This document shows, one piece after another, positions 26,670-32,000 of a DNA stretch of 32,000 nucleotides; the stretch's first letter is position 1, and every line of letters begins with the position of its first letter. The DNA lies in the NCBI RefSeq assembly GCF_000007145.1, contig NC_003902.1:180001-212000 (forward strand). The letters are read 5' to 3'. Under the pieces are notes generated by a model. That model worked only from the letters and a program-made list of their open reading frames with translations. It was not told where the DNA came from and did not search any database. Source of the stretch: Xanthomonas campestris pv. campestris str. ATCC 33913. GTDB taxonomy: Bacteria > Pseudomonadota > Gammaproteobacteria > Xanthomonadales > Xanthomonadaceae. Position numbers and translations under genes: made by a program.

Positions 26670-28898
26670 ATGCCTGCCAAGACCCTTCCTCTGGCCACGC
26701 TGTCCGCTGCGCTGCTGTGCGCATTGACGATGACGCCCGCCGCCGCGCGTGCCGCCGACCTGGCCGACGCCAATGCCGATGCCGATGCCAACGCCAAGAC
26801 GCTGGACGCGGTGAGCGTCAACGGCACGGTGAGCCGCGCGCAGCCGGCCACCACCACGCGCCTGCCGCTGACCCTGCAGGAAACCCCGCAGTCGGTGAGC
26901 GTGATCGGGCTGCAGCGGCTGGAAGACGAGTCGCTTTTCAGCATCGACGACGTGATGCGCAACGTCACCGGCGTCAACGTGTCCTTTTACGACACCCAGC
27001 GCCCGCTGTATTTCGCGCGCGGCTTCCAGATCACCGACTTCCAGGTCGACGGCCTGCCCACCTATAGCGGCGCGACCAATCAGGAATACGACACCGTCTT
27101 CTACGACCGCATCGAAGTGATCCGCGGCGCCAATGGCCTGCTCACCGGCGCGGGCATTCCCTCTGCCACGGTCAACCTGCTGCGCAAGCGGCCCGGCAAG
27201 GAGTTCGATGCCTCGTTTGCGGTGAGCGCGGGCACCTGGGATTTCCGCCGCATGCAGGCCGACGTCAACGCGCCGCTGACCAGCGACGGGCGCTGGCGCA
27301 GCCGCGTGGTGGCGGCCTGGCAGGACCGCGATTACTACTACGACCGCTACCACGACACCAAAATGTCCGGCATGGCGGTGCTGGAAGGCGACCTGACCGA
27401 GAGCACCACCCTCACCGTCGGCTATCAGCGCCAGGACAACACCCCGGTCGGTTCGACCTGGGGCACGGTGCCGTTCTTCGCCGCCGATGGCACGCTGGCC
27501 AATCTATCCCGCTCAACGAATCTGGCACCGGAGTGGACGCGCTGGCAGCGCGAAACCAGCACCGCGTTCGCCAACCTGGAACAACGCATCGGCGAGGACT
27601 GGTTGCTGCGCGTCAACGCCGCGCACACCAAGGGCAACGTGCAGAGCCTGCGTGTGTACGGCACCGGGTATCCGGCCGCCGACGGTAGCGGCATGTTCCT
27701 GCGCACCGGTGTGGGCGAAACCGAAGACACTCGCGACAGCGTGGATGTGTATCTGTCCGGCGGTTTCTCGCTGTTCGGCCGCCAGCACGATGTGGTGGTG
27801 GGCGGCAGCTGGCAGGATCTGCAATCCACCTCGTACGGGTTGGCGCAGACCTATCCGGACGACTGGGCCACCTGCCCCAACGCCTTTGGTCCGCCCGAAC
27901 GCTGCTATTTCATTCCCAACATCCGCAACTGGGACGGTAATGCGTCCGAAGTGACCTACGCACGCAACGGCCGGCGGAGCGAGGGGCGCACCACCCAGCG
28001 CGGCGTGTATGCCTCCACGCGGTTCCGCCTGGCCGACCCGCTGTCGTTGATCGCCGGCGCACGCCTGAGTTCGTGGGAAACCCGCACCCAGGCCTTCGAT
28101 GCCAGCGGCGCCTACACCGGCACCAGCGGTCGCTATGAAGTGAGCGACGAAGTCACCCCTTACGTGGGCCTGGTCTACGACATCGTGCCGGACGTGTCGG
28201 TGTACGCCAGCTACACCGAAATCTTCAATCCGCAGAACTACCGCGACAAGGACAACAACCTGCTCGCGCCAGTGGAAGGCTCCAACCTGGAAGCCGGCAT
28301 CAAGGCGCAATTGCTCGACGGCCATGCGATGGCCACTGCCGCCGTGTTCGAGGCCAAGCAGGACAACTTTGCCGTGCGCGACATGACCCAGCCGGAATCC
28401 TCGCTGCCGGACGGCAATTCGGCCTACATCGGCATCAACGGCACCAAGAGCCGTGGCTGGGAAATGGATATCAACGGCGAGATCCTGCCCGGTTGGACCG
28501 TCAATGCCGGCTTCACCCACGTCAAGGTGACGCGCCCGCCCACCGATGCGATCTACGCCAACCTGCCCGAGGATTATCTGCAGCTGTCCACGCAGTTGCG
28601 CTTGCCCGGCGCCTGGGAGCGCCTGAGCATCGGCGGCGGGGTGAGCTGGCAGAGCGCAGTGCGCGGCTTCAACATCGCGCGCCCCACCGGCGATGGCAGC
28701 GGCGCCACCACCCCGGTGACCGTGGTGCAGAACCCGTATGCGCTGGTGCATTTCAACGCCAACTACCGCATCAGCGAGCAATGGACCGCCACGCTGGCGG
28801 TGCGCAACGCCTTCGACAAGACCTACTGGGCCAACCTGGATTACCAGAACTACGGCGAGCCGCGGTTTGTCAGCGTGTCGCTGCGTTGGCGGTATTGA
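26670..28898 (+). CDS. TonB-dependent siderophore receptor
   Basis: 742 aa. Signal peptide MPAKTLPLATLSAALLCALTMTPAAARA. Plug motifs: TLDAVSVNG, ETPQSVSVI, GFQITDFQVDGLP and IEVIRGANGLLTG. The C-terminal beta-barrel ends FVSVSLRWRY (terminal aromatic). An alternative ATG is at 26658. Confidence 0.9.
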   Translation: MPAKTLPLATLSAALLCALTMTPAAARAADLADANADADANAKTLDAVSVNGTVSRAQPATTTRLPLTLQETPQSVSVIGLQRLEDESLFSIDDVMRNVTGVNVSFYDTQRPLYFARGFQITDFQVDGLPTYSGATNQEYDTVFYDRIEVIRGANGLLTGAGIPSATVNLLRKRPGKEFDASFAVSAGTWDFRRMQADVNAPLTSDGRWRSRVVAAWQDRDYYYDRYHDTKMSGMAVLEGDLTESTTLTVGYQRQDNTPVGSTWGTVPFFAADGTLANLSRSTNLAPEWTRWQRETSTAFANLEQRIGEDWLLRVNAAHTKGNVQSLRVYGTGYPAADGSGMFLRTGVGETEDTRDSVDVYLSGGFSLFGRQHDVVVGGSWQDLQSTSYGLAQTYPDDWATCPNAFGPPERCYFIPNIRNWDGNASEVTYARNGRRSEGRTTQRGVYASTRFRLADPLSLIAGARLSSWETRTQAFDASGAYTGTSGRYEVSDEVTPYVGLVYDIVPDVSVYASYTEIFNPQNYRDKDNNLLAPVEGSNLEAGIKAQLLDGHAMATAAVFEAKQDNFAVRDMTQPESSLPDGNSAYIGINGTKSRGWEMDINGEILPGWTVNAGFTHVKVTRPPTDAIYANLPEDYLQLSTQLRLPGAWERLSIGGGVSWQSAVRGFNIARPTGDGSGATTPVTVVQNPYALVHFNANYRISEQWTATLAVRNAFDKTYWANLDYQNYGEPRFVSVSLRWRY

Positions 28899-28936
28899 GG
28901 TGTTGCGGTTGATGTTGCGGGGTCATCGGTAACGCA

Positions 28937-29115
28937 TCGCGGCCAAGGCCGCTCCTACAGGGGCGGCCTTGCGGCTGTTGCAGGGTGCCAACGGCGCGCA
29001 TTGCCCTAAGAACGCGCCGGCTGTCGTAGGAGCGGCCTAGGCCGCGAAGCCATCCCGACACACCATCACCACACCCGGAACCGCCGTGCCGTTGTAGGAG
29101 CGGCCTTGGCCGCGA
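28937..29115. repeat. Cluster of three REP elements (core GTAGGAGCGGCCTTGGCCGCGA)
   Basis: Copies lie at 28937-28959 (inverted orientation), 29026-29047 (CCTAGG variant) and 29094-29115. Each contains the hairpin GCGGCC-TT-GGCCGC. Confidence 0.85.
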
Positions 29116-29290
29116 CCACGTTCCGCCACACGTGCTGTTCTTCAACGCGCATTTCCACACACGCACTTCACATCACTCACAGCCGTCTATCGCCTGTCGC
29201 CAAAAACGCCCACATCAACCTTGCGCGTACTTCGTTGATCGGCCTGCGACGTACGGCTCACGCGCATCTACATCCGCACCAACACGCGCA

Positions 29291-30328
29291 TCAGGGCGCC
29301 ACGCATTCCTCATCCTTGCCGCGCAACTTCTGCCAGCGCGAGCGTTCTTCCAGGCAGCGCTTGTACGCCTCCTGCTTTGCCGCCTTGGCCTGTTCGGCCG
29401 CACTGCGGGTGGCGCTGCTGCGCTGCGCCTGCAGTTGCGCGATCTTGGCGCGGATCTGCGGCATCACCGCCATTGCCGCGCGTTCGCCTTCCAGGATTGC
29501 GGCGCCGCGCTGGTTGAAATCGGCCGAGCCGATGTCGTTGACCTTGGGGCGGATCACCACGTCGGCACGCTTGAGTTCGGCCTCGCCCAGGCGCTGGCCC
29601 ATGATCGAGATCGACTGATTGACCGTGCCCAGCAGGTCGCCGGGATTCTTGCCGCTGGCCTTGCTGGAAATATCCACCGCCACCACGAATTCGGCGCCGA
29701 GCTGGCGCGCCGCATCCACCGGCACCGGGCTGACCACGCCGCCGTCCACGTAGTGGTACTGGCCGATGGTCACCGGCTCGAACACGCCGGGAATGCTGCT
29801 GGAGGCGCGCACCGCCTGGCCGGCATTGCCACGCACGAACACCGTGCGCTCACCGTCTTCCAGCCGTGTGGCGACCGCGGCGAATGGTTTGCGCAGTTTG
29901 TCGATCGGCTTGCCGCCGAGCTGTTCGTTGACGTAGTCCTGCAGCTTCTGCCCCTGCACCAGGCCACCGGAGAACAAGCGCACGTCGCGGATGCTGGTCT
30001 GGTCCAGCGCCACGGCCTTTTCCTGCATCTGGAACGCGTCCATGCCGCTGGCGTACAGCGCGCCCACCACGCTACCGGCGCTGGTGCCCGACACCACCAC
30101 CGGTGCAAACCCGTTGGCTTCCAGCATCTTGATCACGCCGATATGTGCAAAGCCCTTGGCCGCACCGCCGCCGAGCGCGACGCCGATCTTCACCGGCTTG
30201 GGCGCAGTGGCAGACGGCGCCTGCACCACCGGCGCGGGCGTGGCGGGACGCGGTTCGCCCCCACAGGCCGAAAGCAGGCCGATCAGCGACAGCAAGGCAA
30301 GGGAGCGTGGGCGACGGAGCGCAGTCAT
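29291..30328 (-). CDS. Patatin-like phospholipase, predicted lipoprotein
   Basis: 345 aa with a lipobox LLSAC. Patatin motifs: GVALGGGAAKG (oxyanion), GTSAGS (nucleophile Ser) and YVDGG (catalytic Asp). The C-terminal tail is charged and Ala/Lys/Gln-rich. Confidence 0.85.
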   Translation of the reverse strand: MTALRRPRSLALLSLIGLLSACGGEPRPATPAPVVQAPSATAPKPVKIGVALGGGAAKGFAHIGVIKMLEANGFAPVVVSGTSAGSVVGALYASGMDAFQMQEKAVALDQTSIRDVRLFSGGLVQGQKLQDYVNEQLGGKPIDKLRKPFAAVATRLEDGERTVFVRGNAGQAVRASSSIPGVFEPVTIGQYHYVDGGVVSPVPVDAARQLGAEFVVAVDISSKASGKNPGDLLGTVNQSISIMGQRLGEAELKRADVVIRPKVNDIGSADFNQRGAAILEGERAAMAVMPQIRAKIAQLQAQRSSATRSAAEQAKAAKQEAYKRCLEERSRWQKLRGKDEECVAP

Positions 30329-30614
30329 GGCGACGGAAACGTAGTTGGAAAGGCGAGGGAGAATACACGCGCACCCCCTAACGCCGCGCGTCCCATTGGT
30401 CGCCTCGGCAGCCGGGCTGCGTCAGGGATCAGCACGGCGCGCGCTGCCACCTGCGGGCATACGCCTTCGGGAGCAATCACTGTGTCGCCGCGTACCTTCA
30501 CCCGCCCGCGGCGTCGCGTGCGTGCCTGCGCGTGCGCTGCAGGCGCTCTGGAGTGCACATGCCGCCGGTGCGTAGACCGCGCCGCATCAGCGCCGCAGTA
30601 AAGCGCTTCGGTTA

Positions 30615-30659
30615 ACCGCGGCTGGTGCGTTTACGGCAACGCGTCGCACCAGCCGCGGT
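30615..30659. terminator. Perfect 15-bp stem-loop immediately 3' of the minus-strand gene ending at 30677
   Basis: ACCGCGGCTGGTGCG (30615-30629) pairs with CGCACCAGCCGCGGT (30645-30659), with a 15-nt loop. There is no strong T-tract. Confidence 0.45.
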
Positions 30660-30676
30660 CAACCAGTCTGCTTCGA

Positions 30677-31693
30677 TCAGAACCGGTTGTCGCCATCCAG
30701 CAAGCGCCCCAGTCCACCCAGCACCGACCCTTCGCCGCGTTGTTGGCCACCGGCCTGCGGGGCGGCCTGCAGCATGCGGCCGGCCATGCGCGAGAACGGC
30801 AGCGATTGCATCCACACCTTGCCCGGGCCGGTGAGGGTGGCCAGGAACACGCCTTCGCCGCCGAAGAACATGCTCTTCAGGCCGGCGATGCGGCGCACGT
30901 CCATGTCCACGCTGGCGTGGTAGGCGACCACGCAGCCGGTGTCCACGTCGATGCGTTCGCCCGGCGCCAGGTCGCGTTCCACCACGGTGCCGCCGGCATG
31001 CACGAACACCCAGCCGTCGCCTTCGAGCTTCTGCATGATGAATCCCTCGCCGCCGAACAGGCCGGTGAGGATCTTGCGCTGGAAGGCGATACCCAGCGAT
31101 ACGCCGCGCGCACCCGCCAGGAAGCTGTCCTTCTGGCAGATCAGGCGGCCGCCGTGTTCGGACAGCCGCAACGCCAGCACGGTGCCGGGGTAGGGCGCGG
31201 CGAACGCCACCTTGGCCTTGCCGCTGCCGGCGTGCGTGAACACGGTGGTGAACATGCTTTCGCCGGTCACCACGCGCTTGCCGGCCGAGAGCAACTTGCC
31301 CATCAGCCCGCCGCTGCTGCCGCCCTGGCCATCGTGCGAGCCATCGCCGAACACGGTGTCCATCTGCACCGCGGCGTCCTTGTACATCAGCGCACCGGCT
31401 TCGGCGATGGCGCTCTCGCCCGGGTCCAGTTCGACCTCGACGAACTGCATGTCGTTGCCGACGATGCGGTAATCGATCTCGTCCGCGCGTGCGGCGCCTG
31501 TGCCGCTCAACTGCGGCGGCAGGCTGCCGGCGCCCTGCAATTCGGCCAGCTGGCGGGCGGGTGTCCAGCCGTCGAGGCCGTCGCGCCAGGCCAGCGCGTC
31601 GGGCTGGCGCTGCGCATGCGCGCGGGCGCTGGCGTCATCAAGCGGGCCGATCCGGTCGGCCTGTCCGGGAATATGGAAATACCACTGTGCCAT
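30677..31693 (-). CDS. TIGR00266/DUF124 (AIM24-like) protein with an N-terminal GYF_2-type domain
   Basis: 338 aa. The N-terminus MAQWYFHIPGQADRIGPLDD...LAWRDGLDGWTPARQLAEL is GYF_2-like. The remainder (IDYRIVGNDMQFVEVELDPGESAIAEAGALMY..., GEGFIMQKLEGDGWVFVHAGG..., GEGVFLATLTGPGKVWMQSLP) is typical DUF124. Confidence 0.8.
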   Translation of the reverse strand: MAQWYFHIPGQADRIGPLDDASARAHAQRQPDALAWRDGLDGWTPARQLAELQGAGSLPPQLSGTGAARADEIDYRIVGNDMQFVEVELDPGESAIAEAGALMYKDAAVQMDTVFGDGSHDGQGGSSGGLMGKLLSAGKRVVTGESMFTTVFTHAGSGKAKVAFAAPYPGTVLALRLSEHGGRLICQKDSFLAGARGVSLGIAFQRKILTGLFGGEGFIMQKLEGDGWVFVHAGGTVVERDLAPGERIDVDTGCVVAYHASVDMDVRRIAGLKSMFFGGEGVFLATLTGPGKVWMQSLPFSRMAGRMLQAAPQAGGQQRGEGSVLGGLGRLLDGDNRF

Positions 31694-31907
31694 CGGGACG
31701 ACTCCTGTCTGCGGTGCGCCGAGTCTAAGCGCAGTGGCCGGCCCGCTGTCCCCTGCCCAACGTCATGGCGCGGCGCACCGGTTGGGCAGGGGTGGGGCGC
31801 CGCTTTCGCGCAGACATGCACGACCCGCCGCGTGCACATTGCCGCCGCCAATGCGCATGGCACGGCCGCCAGCTCAGCCCGCGCATCGCACTGCACCGCA
31901 AACCTTA

Positions 31908-31967
31908 GAGCGGCTAACAAAACGTAACGCCCGCCTGGCGGCTGCGCAGTCGTTTTGATCGCTGCGC
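31908..31967. repeat. 60-bp miniature relative of the 3499-3639 MITE, flanked by TTA
   Basis: GAGCGGCTAACAAAACGTAAC matches the MITE terminus at 19/21. It is followed by GCCCGCCTGGCGGCTGC, identical to an internal MITE segment in reverse orientation, and then a degenerate right end. TTA is present at 31905-31907 and 31968-31970. Confidence 0.5.
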
Positions 31968-32000
31968 TTAGCCAGCGCCCACCGTCGCCCAGTAGCGCTC

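Overview
This is a GC-rich proteobacterial chromosome segment. Gene content, the REP core GTAGGAGCGGCCTTGGCCGCGA and the IS type suggest a Xanthomonas-like gammaproteobacterium; this is inference, since no database search was possible. Content in order:

(1) The tail of a GlgE-pathway cluster: the maltokinase C-terminus and glgB.
(2) An 848-bp IS5-family insertion sequence stacked against a 141-bp MITE-like element. They share one of three TTA target copies.
(3) Two small membrane proteins translationally coupled to a PepSY-TM (PiuB-like) protein.
(4) A metallophosphoesterase and an aldo/keto reductase with a twin-arginine signal.
(5) A roughly 15-kb carbohydrate/uronate utilisation locus (8216-23585). 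A three-esterase operon (alpha/beta hydrolase, type-B carboxylesterase, CE12/SGNH esterase) is divergent from an operon encoding an MhpD/FAH-like hydratase, a TRAP transporter and GH43. These are followed by a LacI-family regulator, a 3.3-copy tandem array of a ~198-bp hairpin-mosaic repeat, then kduI, kduD, an RpiB/LacAB-like isomerase and a CE12-cupin fusion.
(6) An octanucleotide repeat tract, an orphan two-domain protein, and phhA with a divergent Lrp/AsnC regulator.
(7) A TonB-dependent siderophore receptor with a Fur-box-like site upstream.
(8) A REP triplet, a patatin-like lipoprotein, a GYF-DUF124 protein and a 60-bp miniature relative of the MITE.

I recognised no rRNA, tRNA or CRISPR array. 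The best candidate for something not yet described is the LacI-linked locus. An identical 19-nt operator-like sequence sits in both of its promoter regions. It also contains three components of unassigned function: the hydratase next to the TRAP system, a second non-homologous isomerase next to kduI/kduD, and the esterase-cupin fusion. All family assignments come from motif recognition by eye and need HMM/BLAST confirmation.
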